Positions 28,886 through 43,527 of a stretch of DNA of 64,000 nucleotides are shown in pieces; position 1 is the first letter of the stretch; each line of letters opens with the position of its first letter. The DNA is from the human T2T-CHM13v2.0 reference genome, Homo sapiens. The notes beneath the pieces are model-generated. The model had not been told where the DNA came from, did no database searches, and saw only the letters and a list, made by a program, of their open reading frames with translations. The stretch lies in assembly GCF_009914755.1 (NCBI RefSeq), contig NC_060945.1. One strand, given 5' to 3'. A program made the translations under genes and the position numbers.

Positions 28886-29356
28886 CATGCTTAACACATA
28901 GCGTAGTTCCTAGCACATAAAAGTATTCAAGAAATGTTTGTTGATTGCATAAACAGAAAAGCCCAAGCCAAACAAAATAAATATTGTACTTATTTTACCA
29001 CCTAGGGATGATCACTCTTAGAATATGCTTCCACCTATTTTTTCAATGCTTGGACTTAATTTGCATATATTATTTTTACTCAATTATTTCTATAAGTACT
29101 ATTAACATTATAGTATTGTTCTACTTAGTATTATAACTTTCCCATGCTCATAAATACTCTTCTACACCATAATAATTGTGGAATCACTGTGTAGTCGGCT
29201 GTGTAGTTGCATGCTTTTTGAAGATATCATATTTTACCTATTTAATTCCCCTAGTATTAGATAAGTGGATGTCTTCAGTGTTTTGTAAAATATCCTAAGT
29301 AAATACAGCAATAAATATATTTATGAGAACGTCTTTGCACACTTTTCTAGGAATTC

Positions 29357-29722
29357 TTTTTTTTTTTTTGAGATAGGGTCTAAAAAACAGCTGGATCTGC
29401 TGCGCTTTATTTACTTACTGTTTTTTATTTTTATTTTATTAGAGACAGGGTCTCATTCTGTCACTCAGGCTGGAGTGCAGTGGTGCAATCATAGCTCACT
29501 GCAGCCTCAAACTCCAGGGCTCAAGCAATCTTCCTGCCTCAGGCTCCAGCAGCTGGGACTACACGAACATACCACCACAACCAGCTAATTTCTAAAATTT
29601 TTCGTAGAGATGGGGTCTCGCTATGTTGCTGAGGCTTGTCTCAAATTCCTGGCCTGAAGCAATCCTCCTATCTCAGCCTTCCAAAGTGCAGGGATTAGAG
29701 GCATGAATCACCATAACCAGCC
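29357..29722 (-). mobile_element. AluJ-like element with extra 3' segment and second Alu end
   Basis: Single TSD TCTAGGAATTCTTTT at 29346-29360 and 29723-29737 encloses all parts. Confidence 0.9.
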
Positions 29723-30617
29723 TCTAGGAATTCTTTTAAGGATAAATTCCTAGAAGTAAACTTGCTGGGTCAAAAAGTATGTGCATTTCCAAGATCACCG
29801 GTATATATTCATATAATATAATTTTCTCATTTTGGAGGAACCAAAACTGAACATCCAACAAAATCCTTTTTGCATATTTTAAGTTAGATGTCTTTTATTT
29901 AAAAACAATAAAGCTATCTAAACACATATTTCGGTCAAAAACAATAAAAACAAAAGCAATAAAACATAAGGGTATTCTCCTTTATTCTAAGTATTTACTT
30001 CTATGGTTTTTGCTTTGTTACAGTTGGTATTTCAGTCGAATCAGTAGTGCTTCTGAAAGGAAATATCAGGAGGCTTTCTAAAAATATCACATCTTTGCCA
30101 AAATGTTCAGATTTGAAAATGAAATGTGTCCCTAGTAATTGAATTCCACTGCAAACCTATTCATCTCAGTTCTTAGGAGCAAAGAAAATTGCACCTCGAG
30201 AGTCGTGACTATAGCACATTACCCATGACTTGCAAACTTGCTTGAACAAAGATCTGGAGCCTAGATATACATAAAGAGAAAATTCAGGTTTTATTGTGCG
30301 ATAGTGATACAGTGCTTCATCTCTTAGAACATGATAGCGTTCTATGAGTTTTAATCTTGTTAGGGACCATCCTATCTCATTTTTCACAACTTTCGTTATA
30401 TTAATGATGGGTGTTGTACCAATGCATACTCTAATTTTTATAGTCTCTAATTTTTATAGTAAAGAAACATGATACTATACTATACTGTACTGTACTATAA
30501 GATAGCTGTATTTAAAATTTATGATCTTTGTATAATCAAGCTCTCCCTATACACATATATTAAGTTCTACTTGCTTTAAAACTGCACATTCTATGTTTGG
30601 CTTTATGGTATCTAATA

Positions 30618-30928
30618 TTTATTTATTTATTTATTTATTTTTTGAGAGAGGATCTCACTCTGTAACCCGAGCTGGAGTGCAGTGGTGTGAGCATGGCTCA
30701 CTGCAACCTCATTGAGCCTCCTGGGCTCAAGTGATCCTCCCACCTCAGCCTCCTGAGTAGCTGGGACCACAGGCGTGTGCCACGATGCCCAAATAGTTTT
30801 TGTATTTTTTGTAGAGAGAGGGTTTCACGATGTTGCCCAGGCTCATCTTGAACTCCTGGGCTCAAGTGATCCTCCTGTCTTGGCCTCCCAAAGTGCTGGG
30901 ACTACAGGCATGAGACACCACACCCGGC
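30618..30928 (-). mobile_element. Alu (AluJ-like)
   Basis: Full dimer; TSD TATCTAATATTTA. Confidence 0.93.
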
Positions 30929-31003
30929 CAACTATCTAATATTTAGTCTGGCCAGTGTGATGTCAAATCACTTCAACAGTATCAGGAAGATGACTTATAA
31001 AAC

Positions 31004-31004
31004 A

Positions 31005-31049
<45 letters not shown>

Positions 31050-31230
31050 CACATAAAATAGACATCTCTCTCTATCACATATATATAAAATATGCATATT
31101 TTATATATAAACATATCTATATATCACATAAAAATAAATATCTCTATATATAACATAAAAATCACATCTTTGCAAAATGTTCAGTGCAAATATATATGTG
31201 TGTGTATATATATATCTGTATGTATATCTT
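31004..31230. repeat. (TC)n(TA)n and AT-rich low complexity
   Basis: Direct reading. Confidence 0.85.
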
Positions 31231-31558
31231 CTTTAGAGCAAATGATAGTGGAATAAAAGAATAAAGGCTCCAAGTTCTTAGATTGAAAATAAAATGATTT
31301 ATAGTTGTTTTCTCTGGTAGTGTTATAGCAGCATCAGCTTGACAGCCTGTAGTGACATTATCACTACTACTGACACCAGCCTCTAATGAATACTTTTAAG
31401 ATCTCTGTTCAGCAGAGGTTTCCCACTATGTCTTCCAACTTCCTGCTCTTTTACCGTGTCTTCTTTCTGTGTAGGTGAAGTGAGCACTGGCGTTGTGAGG
31501 AATTCTTTGCAATAGTTGGAATCATGTTCCAGACACATGCTAGAGTATGTGACTATAG

Positions 31559-31974
<416 letters not shown>

Positions 31975-32078
31975 AGAAGTTTCAAAATAAGTTTTAAAAG
32001 ATGAAATAAATAACCATTTAAGATTCTTGTTACAAAAAATAAACTTCAAATTTTCAGATATAATATTAGTTTATGTAG

Positions 32079-32438
<360 letters not shown>

Positions 32439-33070
32439 AAGACTTTTTTTTGTTGTTGTTATGCTAAGGAAATTTCTGTTATAACAACATACTGGTACTT
32501 TGTATCAGCTGGGACTTTGGCGGCTTGACTTATTCAAGGATTATGCACTTGCAACACGGTGGTCCTGGCTGGGTTAGGTTAACAGGGTTCCTGGGACCCG
32601 AAAGACAATACTGGGTACTTAGAAGTGTCTGTATTGTTTCCCGTCATTCTTAAGGGACTCAGAAGTCCCTTGGGAAGGAAGTTGATTCCTGTTGATGATG
32701 GGTTATATTCTCATAGCTTATGACGCCATGATATGTCATAAGTCTCATCTCATCTGAGACACTGCATCTCAGTCTTTCTCCTGCCACCTGTGAAGAATTC
32801 CAGATGTTTCCATAGGCCCCACACAAAGGCTTAAGTTCACATCAGAACTGTCTGATTATTCTTAGTTTACACATCAGAACTGTCTGATTATTCTTAGAGT
32901 TTACAGAAATTGTAAAAAATATTTCTGGGATATTTGAATTCTTAATTAAAATTTCAGGAAGCCCAGAGGCTCATTGCATAAATAAATAAAAATAGAAATA
33001 GAAATATTCTACTATCTCAATTCACAAATGCTATCTCCTTTCCACATTTTTTTTTTCCCCTGAGGAATAA

Positions 33071-33707
<637 letters not shown>

Positions 33708-33775
33708 CAAAGCTTGAATTTTATACCTGTTTTCTTTTGTGCAATGTACTGTATCACTAAAAAGCTAGAATTTTT

Positions 33776-34355
33776 AAAATTTATTTAATTTTTTTAATTT
33801 TTAATTTCCATAAGTTTTGGGGGAACAGGTGGTATTTGGTTGTATGAGTAAGTTCTTTAGTGGTGATTTGTGAGATTTTGGTGCACCTATTACCTGAACA
33901 CTATACACTGAACCCAATTTGTAGTCTTTTATTCCTCACCCCCTTCCCGCCCTTTCCCCCTGAGCCTCCAAAATCCACTGTAGCATTACCATGCCTTTGC
34001 ATCCCCATAGCTTAACTCCCACTTATGAGTGAGAACATACAATGTTTGGTTTTCCATTCCTGAGTTACTTCACTTAGAATAATAGTCTCCAATCTCATCC
34101 AGGTTGCTGTGAATGCCATTAAATCATCTCTTTTTATGGCTGAGTAGTATTCCATAATACATACGTATACCACAGTTTCTTTATCCACTCATTGACTGAT
34201 GGGCATTTGGGCTGGTTCCACATTTTTGCAATTGCTAATTGTGCTGCTATAACCATGTGTGTGCAAGTATCTTTTTCATATAATGACTTCTTTTCCTCTG
34301 AGTAGATACCCAGTAGTGGGATTGTTGAATCAAATGGTAGTTCTACTTTTAGTTC
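33776..34355 (-). mobile_element. L1PB-like 5'-truncated 3' end
   Basis: Antisense L1 3'UTR; TSD AAAAAGCTAGA(A/T)TTTTT. Confidence 0.88.
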
Positions 34356-34614
34356 AAAAAGCTAGATTTTTTACTTTAATTAAGGTAGACCTCATTAAAA
34401 TCTTTTATTACATTTTTTTGAGTTCAAGTCTGGACCCTGAATTTTCTATTGTGCATCTAGATTTCTGTTTGTATAAGCTTAAATGTATTAATTCTCTTTT
34501 GAGATTGGTTCCTATTTTGGATATTAGGCTTTTGATCTCAAAAGAGTAGTTGGTTTCCACACTTCTACTTTTCGTGTCTACGTTGACCCTGGAGCACTCA
34601 TTTATCTTCACTAT

Positions 34615-35166
34615 TTGTCTTAGTCCATTTGTGTTGCTATAAAGGAATACTGAGGCTGGGTTATTGATAAAGAAAAGAGATCTATTTGGCTCATGCTGGG
34701 ATAATGTTTGTAAATTTTAATTGCAGTGAATGGGTATTTATGTTTACATCTCTAGCTTATTTTACTGTGTGCATTTTAGCCATTGTAATTCATTTTATTA
34801 TTTATTTTACAGTAATATTTATTATGAATTGACTAATGCTGTATAAAAAGCATGGCAGCAGCATCTGCTTCGGGTGAGGCTTCAGGCTGCTTCCACTCAA
34901 GGTGGAAGGTGAAGGGGACCAGCGTGTGCAGAGATCACATGGTGAGGGAGGAAGGAAAAGGGCTGGAGGAGGTGCCGGGTTCTTTGTAAAAACCAGCTTT
35001 CATGGGAACTAATAGAGGAAGAACTCAATCACTTCCTCCCAGCCCAGAAAGGGCGCTAATCTATTCATGGGGGATCTACCTCCGATGGCCCAAACACCTC
35101 CCATTAACATTGTAGATCAAATTACATGTTGAGATTTGGAAAGGTCAAACATCCAAACTAAAGCAC
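34615..35166 (-). mobile_element. MST (MSTB-like) LTR with internal foreign insert
   Basis: TGTCTTAGTCCATTTGTGTTGCTATAAAGGAATAC...CATCCAAACTAAAGCA. Confidence 0.8.
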
Positions 35167-36293
35167 TATTATAGTCTTATCTCCCTGTTAAGGGCAGCTC
35201 CTTCCTTTTCCTTGGAGATGATGCAGAGAACCTAATCCTACCTCCCTTCCTGGCCAAGAGGCCAACAAGTAGAGTTAAGTCACAACATGGCACAGCTGCT
35301 GAACTGAATAAGGGAGCAATGCAACCCTATGTTGAAGGAGCGGGAGGATTTACCCAATGCGTGCTGGCAGAAGAATGGAAGAAACTGGATTCTTAGGTGC
35401 TGGATCAAGGGGAGTGAAACATAAAGTTGGAAAAGGGAGAACTTATCAATTTGGGAGCATCCTGCTGGGATCTAGAATTTAATATGCTGGCAAGACCCCT
35501 GGAAGAGACACGCTACTGGGATGGCTCTTAGAGCCTGGGAAAAGCACTGTACTACACTAAGGGAAGCAGAAATGCCAGAAATGCCAGAACTGCCGTGGCA
35601 GACAGAGAAGAAGGCCTCAGAGAAGTGGGCATCTAGAACTCATACACACACAAGGCTAGAAACCTCACCAATTGATTACATTGCACACAAAGGCACAGAG
35701 GGCCTTCCATTGTCCTAAGCAATAAGAAATGCACTAGTGAGAGGGGTGCTGGAAGCAGTGAGGAGCTCAGTGGTGGTTCTCCCAGAGCTGTAGTAGGAGA
35801 TGCCACTGCAGAATTTGGTTTATTGATATAAATTGATATGATAGGACATTGAAATAACGGAGACCAGGTGGCAGCACTCTACCAGAAGCCAGGCAGGTGC
35901 AGTTAAGATAAAGAGTGTCAAAGATGGATGGCAGTCAAGGAGGATTCACCCACATGGAGTGGTAAAAACAGTTAAAGAGTGTGATGTCCCTAGGGGTAAG
36001 ACAGATGGCAAACGAGTGAGGATATTATTTACTTTATACAACTAGAAGAAATCAAGGGTGGATGATCAGGAAGCTGAGGGCAGCTGCCCAATAAACAAAT
36101 AATGATCCTTTGCTCAGTTTTCAAACTTGAGCCAATTTTCTAACGTGGAGTCCATTGACTGAAGAGAAGTCTGGATCTTTGGGAGAGGACTTTACTATAT
36201 TACAGCAAACATGCACAGCAATGATTTGGCCAATCTGTCCCTAGAGGGACCTAAGGCCACTTGCTTGGGTAACCACATGCAAGAGGAAGGGGC

Positions 36294-37149
<856 letters not shown>

Positions 37150-37654
37150 GGGACCAGACACTTCAATGACTATCTAGGTCTGAATTGATACCCAGAGAAT
37201 TAAAGCCTCATTGTAGACTCCCTGTTAGGGTGGGGGCCGATAGGTACAAGATGATTAATTAAGTCTAGGCCTAGGTCAAGCCACAGTGCGTCCACTGTCT
37301 CCATGGACTTAGGTGGTGGTTGTTTCCACAGTTGCGAAGTGTACAATTGGAATGGACACACTTGGTACCTGCCATAACTGCTGCATTATTTGGCCTGTGA
37401 GGTAAGAGATGTTGTAACAGAAGGCTGAGTGGAATGCCCTAAAACTGAAAGACAATTCTGCATCCCAAGAGTGTTAGAGATGAGTGTCAGCCTTAAGGAC
37501 TTAGAAGACGCAGGTGTGATGGCCCCAGCCCATCTCTATTTAATTCACCAGCCTGGCCCCTGCAGAAACCACTGGATTCTGGATAATGATAGTGCACTAC
37601 TGCAAACTCCATCAGAAGGAGCCCAGATTGCAGCTGCTGGGCTTGGCATGGTAC

Positions 37655-37954
37655 TTTTTTTTTTTTTTTTGAGACAGAGTCTTGCTCTGTCGCCCAGGCT
37701 GGAGTGCAGTGGCATGATCTTGGCTTACTGCAACCTCCGCCTCCTGAGTTCAAGCAATTCTCTGCCTCAGCCTCCCGAGTAGCTGGGATTATAGGCACCC
37801 ACCACCATGCCTGGCTAATTTTTGTATTTTTAGTAGAGATGGGGTTTCACCATCTTGGCCAGGCTGGGCTTGAACTTCTGACCTTGTGATCCACCCACCT
37901 CGGCCTCCCAAAGTGCTGGGATTTCAGGCGTGAGCCACTGTGCCCAGCCTGGCC
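37655..37954 (-). mobile_element. Alu inserted in ERVL RT
   Basis: Full dimer; flanked by ATGGTA(C/T)TTTT. Confidence 0.94.
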
Positions 37955-39261
37955 TGGTATGGTATTTTTTACTAAAACAGATGAATGTAGCCTTTAGGGG
38001 ATGATATGTGGCCATTGTTCTGGTGAATGCGTTATTTTCCATCACTCTTGAAAGGAAAAAAAACTGTTTGCATTCCCTTGACCAGACAATCGTATGTATT
38101 TAGTCTTCCCTCAGGTGGTGCTAACTCTCCTACCCTCTGTCATGTGTGATATATAGTCTGAAGAGAACTGGACCTCCTGGACATCCTGCAGAACGGCACC
38201 CTGGTCCACTGTATCATGCCTCATGTCAATCAGATATCAGATGGGTGAGCAAGATGCAGCAAGTGTACTGAAGGCCTTGGAAAGACACATGGGCTTCAGA
38301 TCATGGGAGACAAACCCTAAGTTTCAGAGGCCCATCACATCAGTTGTAGAAGTCTGGTGTTCCAAGGCGCACTGGGGATAAATGTAAAGGATAAATTATT
38401 GCATCTCACACCTCCCACCATGAAGAAGGAAGCACAGTGCTGGTAGGTCCCATCGTTTCTGGAAGCGGCATATTCCATATCTGGGAATACTCTTCCTACC
38501 CATAGACTGGATTACATGGAAGGCTGCCTCCTGTAAGTAAGGCCCAGAGGAGGGCTCTGGAGTAGATCCAGGCTGCAGTGCAAACAGCCCTTCTGCTTGG
38601 GCTGAACAATCCAGCATGCCTTAGGTTACTAGTGATCTCAGAGGTAGGGAAAGGCCACCATGTTCAGTTTACAGAAAGTTCCACTGGGGAATCATGAAGG
38701 ACCCCTAGGGCTCCGGAGCAACGCCATGCCATCTACAGTAGAAAATTTTACACTCTTCATTAAAGAGCTCCTGGTGTGCTGCTGCTGGACCACGGTAGAG
38801 ATGAAGTAGCTGGACATGGGACACCAAGTGACCATATGCACCTCCAGAGGTGCCCCGCACAGGCTCATCAGGTTCTAAGGCTAGGTGGGCCCTGCAGTAT
38901 CCAAGGCAAGACAGAAGTTCTGCATCCATGATCAAATATATCAGCAGGGCCTGAAGGCCCAAGCCAGCTACACTGGCAGCTAGCTCAGAATTCCAGAGCC
39001 CCCACCACTGTTGCACCAAGGGTACTCCCTCAACTCACACCTATGGCCACATTTGGAAGGGGAAATCCTTATGATCCACAGATGGAGGAAGAAAAAGTGA
39101 GCTTGGATCTTGGATGGCAAATGTGGACAAAAATGGACAGTGACTGCCCTACAGCTGTACTCAGGATGGGCCAGAAAGGCAACATCAAGGGGAAACCCTG
39201 ATGGGTGGAGCTTCATTGGTGCACCAGGTCATCTACTTGGTTTAGATAAAGAATACGTATC

Positions 39262-39960
<699 letters not shown>

Positions 39961-41029
39961 ATCTTTCTACACACATGGACTCATTGGCAGTAGCAAATGG
40001 CTTGGGCAGTTGATCAGGGGCCTGGAAGGAGGGAAACTGGAAGGTGAGGGTTGAGGAGCAGGCCTAGAATAGTGGCACGCTCTGCATGGCAGTGGGCCCA
40101 AAGCCTGCAGATGTGTGTATCACATGCTAATGCTCAGCAGAAAGCCTCCGCCACGGAATGAAAAAGCCCCGGACAAACTGGTCTTTTGACCCATTCACTC
40201 TTTGCTTTATTTTAAATGTATCGTTTTCAGATTTATGTCCCAGACACTTTTCGCTCTGATGTAAGAATGCCGTGCTAAGAACAATAACCAAAATAGCTTC
40301 TATTTTCGTAGCATATGCCCATAATTTGCCTCATTTTACCCTGGCAGCAGTCCTGGGACTTAGGAATGACAGGGAGAAGTTCTTCCTTTCCAGATGGAGA
40401 AAGCGGATGCTTAGAGACAGTAAGAGCCCTGCCCAGGGCCACGGAGGCAGCTCTGGCCTCCGGTCCTGCATTCTCTTCCCGGTTTCTTGGGCCCCTCTGG
40501 GCTGCGGAGGGAAAGCAGAGCCGAGTTGACCAGCAGGGGGCGCCGGCCTCTTTTTGTCTACATCTGTCCACCTGGCTGTGCCAGGCAGGCTTCTGCAATC
40601 AGCACGCGTGCCCAGTTCTGTGACTGGTGAGTGGGCTCAGTTCCAGGGTGCCCTCCGCCTCACTGCATCTCCACCTGCTGGCCACACCGTAGACCATGCT
40701 CTGTTGTATGTGCTCACTTCTAAGTATCCCCAGACCCCTCGCTGCTGCAGGCTCTACTCAATCCCTACTAAGAAATGGACAGGAGTCAGCACCCAGCGAG
40801 AGGCTGTAAATAAGCCTCAGCGCTAACAATAACCTTTCCCTCCCTGCCATAATACAAATGTGGAGCTTGTCATGGAGGCTCCTCTTTGAGGCATGAATAT
40901 TGATCTTTTGCCATATGTCTTTATGATGTGTGCTTTCTCCAGCAGGACCCGGTTTTGTTGCGTTTCTCCTTTCTGCCTTCTCATTTATTATGGTCGTCTG
41001 CTTCTGCAACGAGACTCCCTGTGAATTAC

Positions 41030-41640
41030 AAATTTAGTCAACCACAATGAATTTGTGTTGAGCACTCCCCAGGAGCCAGGCACCATGCATAGTGGACTTA
41101 ACCAAAGTCCCAGCCCTCATGGAGCAGACATTCTAGGGAAGGAGCCAGACAAAAAGCAAAACAAAGAGGGAAATGATGTAATTTGTCAGATGGCAATAAG
41201 TGCTGTGAAGGAAAATAAAGCAGGGAAGGGGATAAGGAGGTGGGGTGCAGGGGAGTGGGGCGTAGCCCAGGGGAAATTTGCATCAGAGAGAAAAGGTCAG
41301 AGAAAAGGCCCACAGAGAAGGTGACATTTGAGCAAAGACCGGAAGATGATGAGGAAGCCAGCTCTACAGATATTTCTTGGAATAATATTCCAAAAAAGTA
41401 AAAAGAGCCCACTGAGGGAGTGGGTCCCACACACAGGTCAGTGTGGCTGGAGGGCAGTGAATAGGAGGAAGTGAGATCAGAGACATGATGGGATGAGGGA
41501 AGAGAGATGAGCCCTGCAGGGTGGGATGCAGATTGTGCTGGGCCTGGCAGGGCCATAGGGATGATGTTGGTGTCAGTGTACGATGGGAAGCCACTTTCAA
41601 ATGAGACATGCATACAAGGGGGAATGGTCCAGATCAGTAT
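41030..41640. mobile_element. L2 fragment
   Basis: TTGAGCAC..GAGCCAGGCACC..CCCTCATGGAGC..ATTCTAG, GAGAAGGTGACATTTGAGC. Confidence 0.7.
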
Positions 41641-42129
41641 GTGTGATGGCCTCTTCCTATAGAATATTTAAAGTTCCATTCCTTCTCAATAGCCTCTATC
41701 AGGGATTTACAGGAAGAGACCACACATCAAGACGTCCTAAAGCCCTGGGCCCATCTGTAGTTGGGAGGTGGCAGGTACATTTTTCTTACTGAAATAGCCA
41801 TTACATTCATCTTTTGGAGACCGATGGAGGCACAACTGTGATGAGTCCTGTGAGAAGCCATCAGCATCTTGTTTGAAGAATGCACCTTTTTCTTCTTGAA
41901 TATCAGCTCAGTGGCTGCTGGGAAGCAGCTGCCGGAGGTTGGCCTGGTGTCACCATCCGTACACCATCATGCTGCAGTGCCACAACCACACAAAGCTCAG
42001 CAACTCCTTCCTCTCCCACATGGACAGATCAAGAGTTGAGATGAAGCTCCGCATTGCCATTGCTGCACATGTACAGTGTACCAGGCATGCATAGGTGTTG
42101 GGATACAAAGTCCCTCGCTTCATGGACAT

Positions 42130-42134
<5 letters not shown>

Positions 42135-42184
<50 letters not shown>
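42135..42184. repeat. (GA)n microsatellite
   Basis: About 25 units. Confidence 0.97.
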
Positions 42185-42187
<3 letters not shown>

Positions 42188-42357
42188 AACACATAAACAA
42201 GTGAATGCACATTCTTCTGTTAGCTAATGATGAATGACATGAAAAGTTGAGTGTGGTAGTTAGCGACCCTGGGACAGTCTGCCTGATTTCTGATTTTCTG
42301 ATTGAGAGAGCAGAGCCCTGAATGAAGCAAGAAACTTCAGCAATGTTGAAGAAGTGT

Positions 42358-42839
42358 GTCATGAACTGAATGTTTGCATCCCCCTGGCCCAAGTTCATAC
42401 ATTGCAGCTGTGACCTCTGATGTGATGGTATTTGCAGGTGAGACCTTCGGAAGGCATTTAGGCTTAATAGAGAGCATGAAAGTGGGACCCTCATGATCCG
42501 ATTGGTGTCCTTATAAGAAAAAGAAGAGACCAGGGCTGTGTGTCTTTCTGCCATGAGAGCACGTGGCGAGAGCACTCGTCTGTCAGCCGGGAGGACAGCC
42601 TTCATCAGGAACTGAATCTGCTAGCACTTTCGTTCTGGACTTCTCAGTCTCCATCATCACGTGAGTCAGTTTCTCAGTCTCCATCATCATGTGAGTCAAT
42701 TCCTTAGAGTAAATCTCTATATATGTATATCTGCTGGAACCTAAATCTTGGATTCCTCAGAACAATAAGAAAGAAATGTCTGGTGTTTAAACCGCCCAGT
42801 CTAGGTGTTTTGTTATGGCAGTCTGAGCAGACAAAGACA
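42358..42839 (+). mobile_element. MLT1A-like LTR with internal duplication and insert
   Basis: ATGAACTGAATGTTTG...TTGTTATGGCAG. Confidence 0.75.
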
Positions 42840-43006
42840 CAGAGGTAAAGCCTTTGAAGCAGGGAAGAGCTTGGTGTCTGGCTCCCAGGAGGTGACAGTG
42901 AAGAGGTGGGCAGGGCCATATCATGACAAAGCGCTTGGGGAATCTTTTCTGCAGGGGTCTGTTGAACAGCTTTCGAGTGCAGGGAAGTGATATGATCTGA
43001 TTCCCA

Positions 43007-43280
43007 TTTTTTTTTTTTTTTTTGAGATGGAGTCTTGCTCTGTCGCCCAGGCTAGAGTGCAATGGCATGATCTTGGCTCACTGCAACCTCTGCCTCCGGG
43101 GTTCAAGCGATTCTCCCTGCCTCAGCCTCCCGAGTAGCTGGGATTACAGGTGCCTGCCACCACGCCCGGCTAATTTTTGTATTTTTAGTAGAGATGGGGT
43201 TCCGCCATGTTGGCCAGGCTGGTCTTGAACTCCTGACCTCAGGTGATCTTCCCCCTTGGCCTCCTTAAGTGCTGGGATTA
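43007..43280 (-). mobile_element. Alu (AluSx-like), 5'-truncated, in an L2 remnant
   Basis: TSD CTGATTCCCATTTT on both sides. Confidence 0.94.
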
Positions 43281-43479
43281 CTGATTCCCATTTTGAAGAA
43301 CTGGTTTTGGCTTTGGCGTGGAAGCAAAGGATGCCACTTAGGAAGTGAGAGAAAGGGTCACAGGCGGGTATAGGATTTGCTGATGGGTTGGATATGAGAA
43401 TCGAGAAGCAGAGGAAGCAAAGGATGACTGCTAAATTTTGGGGTGAATTTGGGTGAAGCCTTAGGAAAGAAGCACAGAG

Positions 43480-43482
<3 letters not shown>

Positions 43483-43525
<43 letters not shown>
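43483..43525. repeat. (TG)n microsatellite
   Basis: About 21 units. Confidence 0.97.

Positions 43526-43527
<2 letters not shown>

Noticed and set aside
32838-32897. CRISPR-like repeat
   Set aside because: Eukaryotic DNA, only two copies with a 4-nt gap, no spacers or cas genes.
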